Below are positions 1 to 9,363 of a stretch of DNA of 64,000 nucleotides, piece by piece. The DNA comes from an uncultured Holophaga sp. (GTDB lineage: Bacteria > Acidobacteriota > Holophagae > Holophagales > Holophagaceae). Every line of letters begins with the position of its first letter. Positions within the stretch are counted from its first letter, which is position 1. The notes beneath the pieces are model-generated. The model saw only the letters and a list, made by a program, of their open reading frames with translations, searched no databases and was not told the origin of the DNA. The stretch is from positions 2,176,001-2,240,000 of the forward strand of contig OY761614.1 of NCBI GenBank assembly GCA_963664825.1, given 5' to 3'. Position numbers and translations under genes: made by a program.

Positions 1-745
1 TGAGGCATATCTGCCGCTGGCCCCGGGGGCCGCGCAGCACATTGAGCCCCTCCCCCGAGCCGGGCCAGGGGTTGCCGAAGCTGGGCGGGGAAGGGGGGAT
101 GGTCGTTGCATGGGGCTCCGGAGGCGCCATCGTGCGGGGTTCCGGTTGCGGGGGCTTCGGCTTCTTTGGCTCGGGTGCTGGCTTCGGCTGGGGTGCCTTC
201 TGCGGCACGGGTGCCGGTTTGGGGGGCATGGGTGCTGGCTTCGAGGGGGCAGGCTTGGGCGGTGCAGGCTTAGGTTTGGGCGCTTCGATCTTTCGGGGCT
301 CCACTTTGGGAGGGGTGGGCTTTTGAACTTCGATCTTCTTGGGTGGGGGCTCCTGCTTCAAGGGCTTTGGGACTGCCGATTTTGGCTCTGGCGCCGGGGG
401 CGTCTCGAGAGGCTGGTCGAAACTCCAGCGGGCCAGGAGCTTCCCCTCGCGGGTCCGCAGTTCGGCCTGTTCGCCCTTCCCGGGGCGGTAAAGCTCCCAG
501 CGAACGGGGCCGAGCTCTACGAAGCGCCGCTCGTGCAGCGTGGTGCCCTTCAGGATGAGTTCCGTGGGCTGGCTCACCTCGCCTTCGATGACCAGCAGAC
601 CTCCCAGTGAATGCCAGGTCCAGGGTGCCAGCGCTGTCTGGGAAGGGGGCGCTGGCGCTGCGGGTCGCTCCTCCCGGTGACAGGCCAGCGATCCCAATGC
701 GCATAGTCCGAGGCAGAGGGTTCCGAAAACCCGGCGGGCCTTCAC
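1..745 (-). CDS. Lipoprotein with Pro/Lys-rich linker, probably polysaccharide deacetylase; runs off the window
   Basis: Not in the ORF track; translated by hand. GTG at 745 overlaps the queD stop; MKARRVFGTLCLGLCALGSLAC (lipobox), then a PKPAP-rich linker; at the window edge reads RGPRGQRQICLT, like the start of a NodB domain. Confidence 0.6.
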   Translation of the reverse strand, partial: MKARRVFGTLCLGLCALGSLACHREERPAAPAPPSQTALAPWTWHSLGGLLVIEGEVSQPTELILKGTTLHERRFVELGPVRWELYRPGKGEQAELRTREGKLLARWSFDQPLETPPAPEPKSAVPKPLKQEPPPKKIEVQKPTPPKVEPRKIEAPKPKPAPPKPAPSKPAPMPPKPAPVPQKAPQPKPAPEPKKPKPPQPEPRTMAPPEPHATTIPPSPPSFGNPWPGSGEGLNVLRGPRGQRQICL

Positions 746-1083
746 TCGAAATCCCGGCGACAGGCCGCCCAGTAGTTGGCCTTCTCCCGGAGTCGCGCTT
801 CTACGGCTTTGAACCCTCGGCTCTCGAGAAATTCCAAGAGCCATTGGGCCAGGGCCTCCGCGGTGGGGTTCCGCCCCTCCATCCAGGTCTGCTCGTTGAG
901 CAGGGTGTAGTCCACCTGTGCCACCCAGGCGTCCAGGGCCTGGACGAGGGTCGGTTCCGGGCAGGCCATCACGGTGGCCTCCAGCTCCCAGTTATGCCCA
1001 TGGCGGGCCTCGAGGAAACCGGGGAGGTCATGGAAATGATCGGCCACGAAGGTGCGGCGGAGGCTCAGGCGGGAGGCTGGCAT
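742..1083 (-). CDS. queD: 6-carboxytetrahydropterin synthase (QueD/PTPS family)
   Basis: F-x-A-x-H, HGHNW, YTLLN and NPTAE motifs; ATG at 1083 chosen as start. Confidence 0.8.
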   Translation of the reverse strand: MPASRLSLRRTFVADHFHDLPGFLEARHGHNWELEATVMACPEPTLVQALDAWVAQVDYTLLNEQTWMEGRNPTAEALAQWLLEFLESRGFKAVEARLREKANYWAACRRDFE

Positions 1084-1259
1084 GGCACCAGTGTAGGAGG
1101 GCGCACCTGAAATGTGCACGAACCCCACCCGTCCCGCGATTGGTGGGTTGGAATCGTGGGGTTCGTTCTTCCCGGGGGGCATTTCGTCTCTTTGGCGTGG
1201 GAAGGCCCTTCGGCCGGTTCCAGGCTGAGTGAATTATCCTCTCCATACCAGGTACACGT

Positions 1260-1847
1260 ATGCCTCAGGCTGCACCCCAGTTTCCCGCTGTGATGGTCCT
1301 TCGCGAGAGGGGTGAGATTCTCTTCCAGGATCGGCGGGCCTGTGAATTGACGGGCTATGGCATCGGTGAACACCGGGATCTTTGGGAGCTGCTCACCAGC
1401 CTCTTTCCGGAGGGGCGCGACCAACTTAATGCGGTCAGGCTCTTTCGGCGAGCCGCCGCCACGGCGGGGCGACGAGGCACAGCCAGGTTTCAGGCCGAAT
1501 TCGCCTCCAAGCATGGCCGCCTTCGGCGGACGATCGTACAGGTCCAGCGCTGGGGTGGAGTGCCGGGGGACCGCTCCTATCTGGTGAGTTTCCTTCCCCT
1601 TGAAACCCAGGGCATGATCCCTCCCGTGGAGGATCGCACCATCGTGTTCCAGGCCATGGCCCGGCGGGTGGCGAGACTCCTGACGGGAGCCGCGGCCTAC
1701 AGCCGGACCATGGCCGTCGGTGCTGATACTTCGGAGGAGCAGTTCGGCACGCTCTCCGCCTTGATCGAGCGCGCCCAGGGACTCCTGGGTAGCCTGGAGG
1801 GGCAGGCCCAGGGCGAGTCCCTCGGGGACGGTGAGGGAAGGGAATGA
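1260..1847 (+). CDS. PAS-like domain protein with DHp-like helical tail
   Basis: PAS-like N-terminus (ACELTGY...LFPE); stop overlaps the LytTR gene start. Confidence 0.6.
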   Translation: MPQAAPQFPAVMVLRERGEILFQDRRACELTGYGIGEHRDLWELLTSLFPEGRDQLNAVRLFRRAAATAGRRGTARFQAEFASKHGRLRRTIVQVQRWGGVPGDRSYLVSFLPLETQGMIPPVEDRTIVFQAMARRVARLLTGAAAYSRTMAVGADTSEEQFGTLSALIERAQGLLGSLEGQAQGESLGDGEGRE

Positions 1848-2623
1848 TGTCTCCGCAGATCCAGAAGGTATTCCGCTATGCGGTCGTGGAGGACGAACCA
1901 CTGGCCATGCGTGTGTTGGTTCGCATGCTGGCCTTGCTGGCACCCGATGGTGAATTGGCCTGGGAAGCCACCGATGGGGATGCCGCCTTCTGCCGTCTGC
2001 GCCAGGAACCCGTGGATGTGCTCTTCCTGGATATCGTATTTCCGCCCGGCGGGGCCTTTCGGCTTCTGGAACAGGCTCGCACCGCGCTTTCCATTCTGCC
2101 GAAGATCGTCTTCGTCACCGGCCGGGAGGACCAGGCCCTGAAGGCCTTCGAATGGGCGGCCTTCGATTATCTGCTCAAGCCCGTCACCGCTCCCCGGGTG
2201 AAGGAGACCTTGGAGCGCCTGCGGGCCAGTCAGGCCTCCTCGGATCTGGAATCCCTGCTGCGAATGGTGAAGGACCTCGCCCACCAGACGGGGCCCGAGC
2301 GCTTCACGGTGAGCATCCGTGACCGCATCCTGGTGTTCCGCTGGTCGGAGGTGATGTACCTCCACACGGAGTTCCGTCAGGTCTTTGCCCACACGGCTCG
2401 GGGGAAGGTGCCCCTGGATAAGGGCGTCGATGAACTCGAGGCGCTCCTGGGAGACGGCTTCGTCCGCATCCATCGCTCCAGTCTGGTGAATCTCGATTAC
2501 CTGGTGGAGGTGAGGAATCCGGCCTCCCTTGCCGGGGAAGCCGTGATGCAGGATGGGGCCAGCCTGAGCGTGAGCCGAGCCCGCATGGAGGAACTGCTTA
2601 CCCGCCTGGCGCGGATGCGGTGA
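1844..2623 (+). CDS. LytTR family response regulator
   Basis: VEDEPLA, FLDI, FVT, YLLKP receiver motifs; FVRIHRSSLVNL LytTR motif. Confidence 0.93.
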   Translation: MMSPQIQKVFRYAVVEDEPLAMRVLVRMLALLAPDGELAWEATDGDAAFCRLRQEPVDVLFLDIVFPPGGAFRLLEQARTALSILPKIVFVTGREDQALKAFEWAAFDYLLKPVTAPRVKETLERLRASQASSDLESLLRMVKDLAHQTGPERFTVSIRDRILVFRWSEVMYLHTEFRQVFAHTARGKVPLDKGVDELEALLGDGFVRIHRSSLVNLDYLVEVRNPASLAGEAVMQDGASLSVSRARMEELLTRLARMR

Positions 2624-3269
2624 GCTCTTCCCGCAGCGCGTTCAGGAAGGTGACCAGCACCCGGTGCCGGGGCTGGGCCCGCCTCCGTCCGGCCTCGGTG
2701 TTCATGCGGTCGGTCAGCTTCAGGAGCTTCTGCTCGAAGTGATCCAGGCTGAAGCGCTTGTCGTCCAGGTCCCGGCCCTCGGCCCAGGGATCCGAAGGGT
2801 GCCATAATCCCGCGCCCATGGCACCTCCCGTATTGAAACACCGCGCGAGGCCGATGGCGCCGATGGCCTCCAGGCGATCGGCGTCCTGGAGCACGGCGCC
2901 CTCCAGGGAGGACGGCTCCGCCCCACTGGAGAAGCCATGGGTGGCGATGGCGGCGGCGATGGCCTCGCCGTGGGCGGTCAAACCTGGGATCTCCCGGCAC
3001 CATGCCAGGGCCATTCCGGCGCCGAGGGCGCCGGTGCGGGGTGAATCCGGGTGGTTCTTGGGGAGGTAGACCAGATCGTGCAGCAGGGCAGCCGCCACGC
3101 AGGTATCCACCTGGGCCCCTTCCTCGAGGGCCAGGGCGTGGGCGTTACGGGCCACCCGCAGGGCGTGGCCGAGGTCGTGGGCCCCGTCCCGGGTCTCCGC
3201 AGCAAAGCGGGTATGGAGGCGCTCCAAGAGGCACGGGACCCAGGGGAAGGGAAAGGACTGTGCGAGCAT
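2598..3269 (-). CDS. HD-domain phosphohydrolase (YedJ-like)
   Basis: AHDLGH, ALLHDL, DADRLEAIGAIG, HFEQKLLKL. Confidence 0.88.
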   Translation of the reverse strand: MLAQSFPFPWVPCLLERLHTRFAAETRDGAHDLGHALRVARNAHALALEEGAQVDTCVAAALLHDLVYLPKNHPDSPRTGALGAGMALAWCREIPGLTAHGEAIAAAIATHGFSSGAEPSSLEGAVLQDADRLEAIGAIGLARCFNTGGAMGAGLWHPSDPWAEGRDLDDKRFSLDHFEQKLLKLTDRMNTEAGRRRAQPRHRVLVTFLNALREELTASAPGG

Positions 3270-3296
3270 GGTCCCAGGGTAGCTTGACGCATTATT

Positions 3297-3482
3297 ATGC
3301 GTGCGTTGCACAAGCTCCTGTTGCTGGACGTCCACGCGGAGTGGCGCGCCCAGTGCAAGAAACTGGAGATCCGCAGCTACCCCAGCGTCATCCTGCTGGA
3401 TGGAGAGGGCAGGGAACGGCATCGCAACCTGGGATTCCAGAAGCCGGAGGGCATGTTAAAGTGGCTTGAGGGGCGGAAGTAG
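3297..3482 (+). pseudogene. Degenerate, internally deleted thioredoxin-like ORF
   Basis: LLDVHAEWRAQCKKL (WCxxC with C->R) joined directly to IRSYPSVILLD...GF (cis-Pro segment); only 61 aa. Confidence 0.5.
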
Positions 3483-3745
3483 CCTCCCATTCGAGTGTTT
3501 TGACGCGTTTCCCGGTCGGCTCACCTAGTGACTGGGGCAGTTCTCCTGGACTTCATGCTGCGCGGCAGGCCTCGCGGGGTAGGTCCCAGGAACGATTCCC
3601 TGGATCAAACCGGGTCTCCTAGGACGGGGCGCAAAACGCGCGGGATTCCATTGCATCCAATGGCAAGGGAACCCCTCACGAAATTCGAGATGGAACTGTG
3701 GTTTGCCGATCAATAGAATGTTGGCCCTTTGACAAGGAGTTTTTC

Positions 3746-4684
3746 ATGAAGATCGCAATCATCGGCGCGGGGAATGTGGGTGCCACCATTGCCTACACCC
3801 TGGCAACCCAGGGTGTCGCCAACGATGTGAGCCTGATCGATGTGAACACGGACAAGGCCTATGGCGAGATCCTGGACATCGCCCATGGCGGAGCCGTCTC
3901 CGAGCATGTGCACCTTCGGGCGGAGGGCTACGAGGGGCTCGAGGATGCCGACATCATCATCCATGCCGCGGGCCGAGGGCGGAAGCCTGGCGAATCACGT
4001 CTGGATCTGGCCAGGGGCAATATCAAGATCACGGAAAGCATCATCACCAAGATCAAGAAGCACTACAACGGGAAATCCATCTTCCTGATCGTGACCAACC
4101 CCATGGATGTCCTCACCTACGTCTTCTACAAGCGGATGGGCATCGATAGGAACAAGATCTTCGGATCGGGTACCGTGCTGGATTCCTCGCGCTTCAAGTA
4201 TCTCCTGGGCCATTATTTCAACATCGACCCCCGGAACCTCCACGCCATGGTGATCGGAGAACACGGGGATTCCGCAGTGCCGCTCTGGAGTGCGGCCACC
4301 GTGGGCCCCATGCTCATCTCCGAATATCCATCCAAGGTCCATCCCCGCCTTTCGGCCGAGGATGTGGAAACCATCAACAAGGATGTGGTGCAGGCGGGCC
4401 AGGAAGTCATCAAGCGGAAGGGGGCGACCTTCTACGCGATTTCCATGAGCGTGACCCGGATCATCAAGGCCATCGTGAGCGATGAGAATCGCCTGCTCTG
4501 CGTGTCCTCCTACATCGAGAACATGCACGGCGTGAATGATGTCTGCCTGAGCCTCCCGGCCATCGTGGGCCGGGAAGGCATCCGGGAACTGCTCACGGTC
4601 AGCCTCACTCCAGGGGAGGAGGCCGCCCTCCAGCGATCGGCCGAAGTGCTGAAGAGCATGTTGAGGGAAGTGGATTACCAATAA
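3746..4684 (+). CDS. ldh: L-lactate dehydrogenase
   Basis: GAGNVG, KPGESRLDL, GTVLDSSRF, GEHGDS, KGATFYAI; RBS AAGGAG. Confidence 0.88.
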   Translation: MKIAIIGAGNVGATIAYTLATQGVANDVSLIDVNTDKAYGEILDIAHGGAVSEHVHLRAEGYEGLEDADIIIHAAGRGRKPGESRLDLARGNIKITESIITKIKKHYNGKSIFLIVTNPMDVLTYVFYKRMGIDRNKIFGSGTVLDSSRFKYLLGHYFNIDPRNLHAMVIGEHGDSAVPLWSAATVGPMLISEYPSKVHPRLSAEDVETINKDVVQAGQEVIKRKGATFYAISMSVTRIIKAIVSDENRLLCVSSYIENMHGVNDVCLSLPAIVGREGIRELLTVSLTPGEEAALQRSAEVLKSMLREVDYQ

Positions 4685-4690
4685 CCCAGG

Positions 4691-4721
4691 CAGGGGCGTG
4701 CGGTACCACCGCACGCCCCTG
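4691..4721. terminator. Hairpin between convergent genes
   Basis: caggggcgtgcggt-acc-accgcacgcccctg, perfect 14-bp stem. Confidence 0.7.
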
Positions 4722-4731
4722 TTGGAGGAGT

Positions 4732-5409
4732 TCACTTTCCGAGGATGGATTCCAGGGTCTTCTCCAGCTTCTCGCCGCGGAGATCGCCATCGGAGGCAAG
4801 GATCCGGCCGTCGGGCCCCACGAGTATGTATTTGGGGATGCCTGCCGCGCCGTAGGCCTCGGCGATGGGATGGGCTTTCATGCCCGGCAGGAAGGCGTGT
4901 TTCCAGGGCATGGGCTGCTTGGTCTTGCGGAAGGGGGCGATATCGGCGGCCTTCTTGTCCAGGCTGAAACTGAGGATCTCGAAGTTCCGGCTCTTGAAGC
5001 GTTCCCAGGCCTTGTGCACGAAGGGCAGGTCCGCCACGCAGTAGGGGCACCAAGTGGCCCAGAATTCCAGGAGCAGATACTTGCCCTTGAATCCGTCGAG
5101 GCTGTATTCGACCTTGGGATTCTCGAGGCTGGGAATCCTGAATGCGGGCGCCAACTTGCCGGGCAGGGTCTTCAGGGGGGCGTCGAAGCGTTTGCGGGCG
5201 TCGAGGCTCAACTTGTGGCCTGGGAATTCCTTCTCCAGGGAAGCCAGCACTCCCTCCGCCCCAGGCTTTTCCTCGTCGAAGGCGTCCCGGAATTTGTCGT
5301 AGAGTTCCTCGACCCGGGCTTGGGCCTGAGCGGCCGTGGCTTGGGGAGCCTGGGCCAGGAGACCGGGGCCCAGAAGGGTGAGGGCGCAGAAAAGGGTCGA
5401 GCCGAACAT
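4732..5409 (-). CDS. TlpA/ResA-like thiol-disulfide oxidoreductase, exported
   Basis: Signal peptide; FWATWCPYC; GIPKYILVGPDGRI. Confidence 0.9.
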   Translation of the reverse strand: MFGSTLFCALTLLGPGLLAQAPQATAAQAQARVEELYDKFRDAFDEEKPGAEGVLASLEKEFPGHKLSLDARKRFDAPLKTLPGKLAPAFRIPSLENPKVEYSLDGFKGKYLLLEFWATWCPYCVADLPFVHKAWERFKSRNFEILSFSLDKKAADIAPFRKTKQPMPWKHAFLPGMKAHPIAEAYGAAGIPKYILVGPDGRILASDGDLRGEKLEKTLESILGK

Positions 5410-5450
5410 GCTTTCTCCTCGAAGCCGCGGACGCGGCCAGTATTTTGAAT

Positions 5451-6182
5451 TCACTTCGCCACCAGAGGCTTGGCAACGGTCTTTCGGGAAGGCCGGGCCA
5501 CCAAAGGCTTGGCCTTTGCACTGCCCTTGGTCCTGTGCGGGTCCTCCAGTGCTCCAGATCCCGTGGGGCAGAGTTCCCGTACCGGGCAGGCGGCGCAGTC
5601 GGGTTTCCGGGCATCGCAGGTGCGGCGCCCATGCCAGATGAGTTGGTGGTGGAGGCCGATCCAGGTGGCGCGGGGGAAGAGGCTGCAGAGATCGGCTTCG
5701 ACCTTCTCGGGCGTGTTGGCCTTTGAGAGGCCCAGCCTGCGTGCGACCCGGAAGATATGCGTATCGACTGCCAGGGCTGGCACGCCGAAGGCGTTGGCCA
5801 GGACCACATTGGCGGTCTTTTGCCCCACGCCGGGGAGGGCACCCAGGGCCTTGGGGTCGGAGGGAACCTGGCCGTCATGTCGGCTCATTAGGGCCTGGGC
5901 CAGACCAATGAGGTTTCGCGCCTTGTTGCGGAAGAATCCCGTGGCGTGGATGAGGGTTTCCAGTTCGCTGGGCTGAGCCGCGGCGAGGGAGGCGGGATCG
6001 GGATAGCGGGCGAAGAGGGCAGGTGTCGTGAGATTCACGCGCGTATCCGTGCACTGGGCACTGAGGATGGTGGCCACCACCAACTGGTAGGGATCCCGGT
6101 GTTCCAGGGCGCACTGGGCGTCCGGGTAGGCGGATTCGAGGCGGTCCAACAAGTGGGCAAGGCGGGTTTTCGTCCAGCGCAT
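5451..6182 (-). CDS. nth: Endonuclease III
   Basis: ILSAQCTD, LPGVGQKTANV HhH, VDTH, C-x6-C-x2-C-x5-C Fe-S motif. Confidence 0.96.
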   Translation of the reverse strand: MRWTKTRLAHLLDRLESAYPDAQCALEHRDPYQLVVATILSAQCTDTRVNLTTPALFARYPDPASLAAAQPSELETLIHATGFFRNKARNLIGLAQALMSRHDGQVPSDPKALGALPGVGQKTANVVLANAFGVPALAVDTHIFRVARRLGLSKANTPEKVEADLCSLFPRATWIGLHHQLIWHGRRTCDARKPDCAACPVRELCPTGSGALEDPHRTKGSAKAKPLVARPSRKTVAKPLVAK

Positions 6183-6441
6183 GCCCCCAGCTTATCGAGT
6201 CTGGAAGGGATCTGGGGGAAAGGCAGGGCCCTAGTCTGGGGGCCGATCCCCGGGATGGGGCCAGAGGGGCAGTCTCTGAAAAAAGTTGCTAGGGCCAAGA
6301 AAAGTACTGGATTTTCAGAGGGTTCTCTCCCAACCTTGGGCAGGGCATGCGACGGCTGCATTCCCACATATGCATTGGCGCCTTGCCTGGAGGAACCAAT
6401 GCAACCCCATCCCCAGGCGATAAGGTACATAGGTAAAAGTC

Positions 6442-6645
6442 ATGGCACAAGGCACTGTTAAGTGGTTCAACGCTGAAAAGGGCTTCGGCTTCATCACCCC
6501 CGATGGTGGTGGCGCAGATCTTTTCGTCCACCACTCCGCCATCCAGGGCCAGGGTTTCCGTACCCTGGACGAGAATCAGCGCGTCAGTTTCGAGGTCACC
6601 CAGGGCCAGAAGGGCCCCCAGGCTGTGAACGTCGTCAAGCTCTAA
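6442..6645 (+). CDS. cspA: Cold-shock protein
   Basis: [24 protein letters not shown]. Confidence 0.95.
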   Translation: MAQGTVKWFNAEKGFGFITPDGGGADLFVHHSAIQGQGFRTLDENQRVSFEVTQGQKGPQAVNVVKL

Positions 6646-6680
6646 ATCCTCTAGCCTTCCGCTATTGAATCAATCGTAGC

Positions 6681-6726
6681 GGATCCAGGGTGGCGTCTTG
6701 CCGTCCTGGATCCGTTCCTTGTTTCC
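6681..6726 (+). terminator. Probable intrinsic terminator after first csp
   Basis: ggatccaggg...tcctggatcc stem followed by a pyrimidine-rich tract. Confidence 0.5.
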
Positions 6727-6844
6727 ACCCCCTTGAATCATCTTGGAGAGCAGCTCTTGCGCGGGCATGGGGTGCTCTTGATTTTCCCATTGATCGTGTC
6801 GTCGGGCCTCGCTACCCTGAGCCCAGGCCCCGAGGGAACAGACC

Positions 6845-7048
6845 ATGTCCGAAGGTACGGTGAAGTGGTTCAATGCCGAAAAGGGTTTCGGGTTCATCAC
6901 CCCGGTGGAGGGGGGCCCCGACATCTTCGTCCATCACACGGCCATCCGGACTCAAGGTTTTCGTAGCCTGGATGAAAAGGCTCGGGTGAGTTTCGAGATT
7001 ATGCAGGGACCCAAGGGCCCTCAAGCGGCCAACGTGCAGAAACACTGA
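6845..7048 (+). CDS. Cold-shock protein, second paralog
   Basis: [24 protein letters not shown]. Confidence 0.95.
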   Translation: MSEGTVKWFNAEKGFGFITPVEGGPDIFVHHTAIRTQGFRSLDEKARVSFEIMQGPKGPQAANVQKH

Positions 7049-7056
7049 CAGTCCTC

Positions 7057-8781
7057 ATGCTCCCACTCCCCCTGCAATTCGGCGAGGCTCTCGTCCACCG
7101 CTTCTCCCAGGTGCTCTACCGCTGCTTCGAAGAAGTGGGCAGCACGAAGGCGGCCCTGTATCTCCTCATTCCCGAGGCGGGGGGCTTCCAGCTCGTGACC
7201 CACTTCGGCTGGCCTCGTACCCTGCCGCCGCCGGAAGCCCTTTTGCCCGAGGACCCTCTGGTGGTCTGGGCCAGTCGGGAACGGCGGAGCTTCGCGGTCA
7301 ATCAGGCCAGCCAGATTCCCGAACTCGCCCGTTTCGCCCAAGGGGAATCACCCCGCTTCCTCATCACGCCCTTCTATGACCGGGGGGAATGGGTGGGGCT
7401 GCTCATCCAGAAGGATCGCACCAAGGGCCTGCCCTTCGAACTCCCGGGAGACGAGGGGCCCACCCAGTCGATCTGCCAAGAGATCGTCGAGGCCCTGCGG
7501 GACTTTTGGGCGGGGCGTGCCGTCTCTCCCTCGCTCACCCATGTGCCGGAGGCCTCGCCGCGGATGGACGTGCCCGTGCCTCCCAGCGCCGCCATGATGC
7601 CGGCCAACGCCCCCATGGCAGACCCGGTGGAGGAGTTCCTGGAGGGCTTTCAGGCCACTCCGGGCCAATCCACGGCCTTCGCGCCCATTCCCTCCGACCA
7701 GGCCCATCTCAATCAGCCCCCGGATCCCCGCGTCCTGTCCCAACCCGGTGTGCGGCAGCGGGCGGGGATGTTCATGCCGGAACAGCGCACCTTTTTCTGG
7801 GAGGCCGCCACCCTCCTCTGCAACCTGCTGCCCCTGGCTGCCGTGGCCCTCTGGATGGACGAGGCCACGGAAGTTCGGCCCATCCTGACCTACAGTCGCC
7901 AGCCTCTTTCTCCTGAGCTTAAGCAGCAGGTGCTCGCTCATGTCACCTACCATGTGCCCAAGATGCAGGAGCGGGATCTCCGCATCCTCACCCGGGTGGA
8001 GTTCCTGGAGAAGGAACCGCTGGTGGGAATCTTTCAGACCTACCTGCCCGTGATGCTCATGGGTGAGACCGAAGGCCAGGATCTGATGCTCCTCTTTCGT
8101 GCGGAGGATCGTCCCTTCAGCGAACGGGAGCAGAGCTACGTCCAGATGGTGGCGCGCATGCTGGGTTTCCACCTCCAGGAGGTGCGGCTTCACGAACACT
8201 ATCATCGGGCCTTCCTCTCCGTGAGCCATCGCCTGCTGAGCTCGGTGGAGGGCGGCGCGCCGAATTTGCGGGACCACAGCCTGGCCACCGCCAAGCTCGC
8301 CCGCAGCTTCGCGCTGCACCTAGAACTCCCTGCCACGGATCTGGAGGCGGTCTGCATCGCCTCCATCCTGCACGATGTGGGCACCTTCCTTCTGGACCCC
8401 CGGCTCCTGTCGAAGCCGGGCCTCACGTCAGAAGAGCGGGACCGGATCCAGACCCATCCAATACTGGCCACCACCTTCCTCAAGGATTTCCGCTTCCCCT
8501 TCGACGTGGTGGGCATCATCCGTCATCACCACGAGCGCTGGGATGGGAAGGGCTATCCCGATGGCCTGAGGGGGGAATCCATTCCCTTGGGGAGCCGCAT
8601 CATCAATCTCATCGAGTCCTTCGAGGTGATGCATGACGGCAGTGCCTTCAGGGCACCCCTCGGCTACCGGGAAATCCTCGAGGAAGTGCGCCAGGGTTCC
8701 GGGAGCCAATTCGATCCCACGCTCGTGGCGGAGTTCCTGGAGTTCCTCCAGACCCGCAGGGGGCGGGGAAACCCGGATTGA
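7057..8781 (+). CDS. HD-GYP domain protein (c-di-GMP phosphodiesterase-like) with GAF-like N-terminal regions
   Basis: LHDVG, HHERWDGKGYP, GSQFDP. Confidence 0.88.
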   Translation: MLPLPLQFGEALVHRFSQVLYRCFEEVGSTKAALYLLIPEAGGFQLVTHFGWPRTLPPPEALLPEDPLVVWASRERRSFAVNQASQIPELARFAQGESPRFLITPFYDRGEWVGLLIQKDRTKGLPFELPGDEGPTQSICQEIVEALRDFWAGRAVSPSLTHVPEASPRMDVPVPPSAAMMPANAPMADPVEEFLEGFQATPGQSTAFAPIPSDQAHLNQPPDPRVLSQPGVRQRAGMFMPEQRTFFWEAATLLCNLLPLAAVALWMDEATEVRPILTYSRQPLSPELKQQVLAHVTYHVPKMQERDLRILTRVEFLEKEPLVGIFQTYLPVMLMGETEGQDLMLLFRAEDRPFSEREQSYVQMVARMLGFHLQEVRLHEHYHRAFLSVSHRLLSSVEGGAPNLRDHSLATAKLARSFALHLELPATDLEAVCIASILHDVGTFLLDPRLLSKPGLTSEERDRIQTHPILATTFLKDFRFPFDVVGIIRHHHERWDGKGYPDGLRGESIPLGSRIINLIESFEVMHDGSAFRAPLGYREILEEVRQGSGSQFDPTLVAEFLEFLQTRRGRGNPD

Positions 8782-8795
8782 GCTAACCTGGGGGC

Positions 8796-9353
8796 ATGCG
8801 GACACGGGGCTCCAGGAAGTCGCACACGGGCCAGAGGGGGTTTATCCTCGCTCTCCTGTTGGGCATGCTGACGGTCATGGGCATCTTCCTGACCCGGGCC
8901 GTGCCTTCGGCGGTCATGGAGGTGAAGCGGGGCGCCGAGGAGGAACTGATCTTCCGGGGTGAAGCGATGGCCAGTGGCATTCGCCTCTACCAACAGCGAA
9001 CGGGCACCTATCCCCTGCGGCTGGAGGATCTGATGAAGATGCGCCCCCCGGTGATCCGGAAGCTCTACAAGGATCCGATGACCCCCAATGGGGAATGGGA
9101 CCTGGTGACCGCCGTGGCTGCGGGGGCCTCCGGCGACACGACCGGCCTTCCCATCGCGGGCGTGCGCAGCCGCAGCCAGCGCGACAGCATCAAGATGTAC
9201 AAGGGCAAGACGATGTACAGCGACTGGGTGTTCTCGGCCGCCGATAATATCCTAGGCATCCCCGGAACAGGGCCGACCGGCACGCTCCCCAGTGGCCAAA
9301 GCACCAACACCAAGGGGGCAAGTCCTGCGTCTGATTCCGACGACAAGAAGTGA
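8796..9353 (+). CDS. Type II secretion pseudopilin-like protein
   Basis: QRGF prepilin cleavage site with hydrophobic helix; YPLRLEDL, RKLYKDPMT. Confidence 0.8.
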   Translation: MRTRGSRKSHTGQRGFILALLLGMLTVMGIFLTRAVPSAVMEVKRGAEEELIFRGEAMASGIRLYQQRTGTYPLRLEDLMKMRPPVIRKLYKDPMTPNGEWDLVTAVAAGASGDTTGLPIAGVRSRSQRDSIKMYKGKTMYSDWVFSAADNILGIPGTGPTGTLPSGQSTNTKGASPASDSDDKK

Positions 9354-9363
9354 AGGTTCGAGC

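Noticed and set aside
6190..6441. Long region upstream of cspA as a novel RNA
   Set aside because: Long structured 5' UTRs are ordinary for csp genes and I cannot define one from sequence
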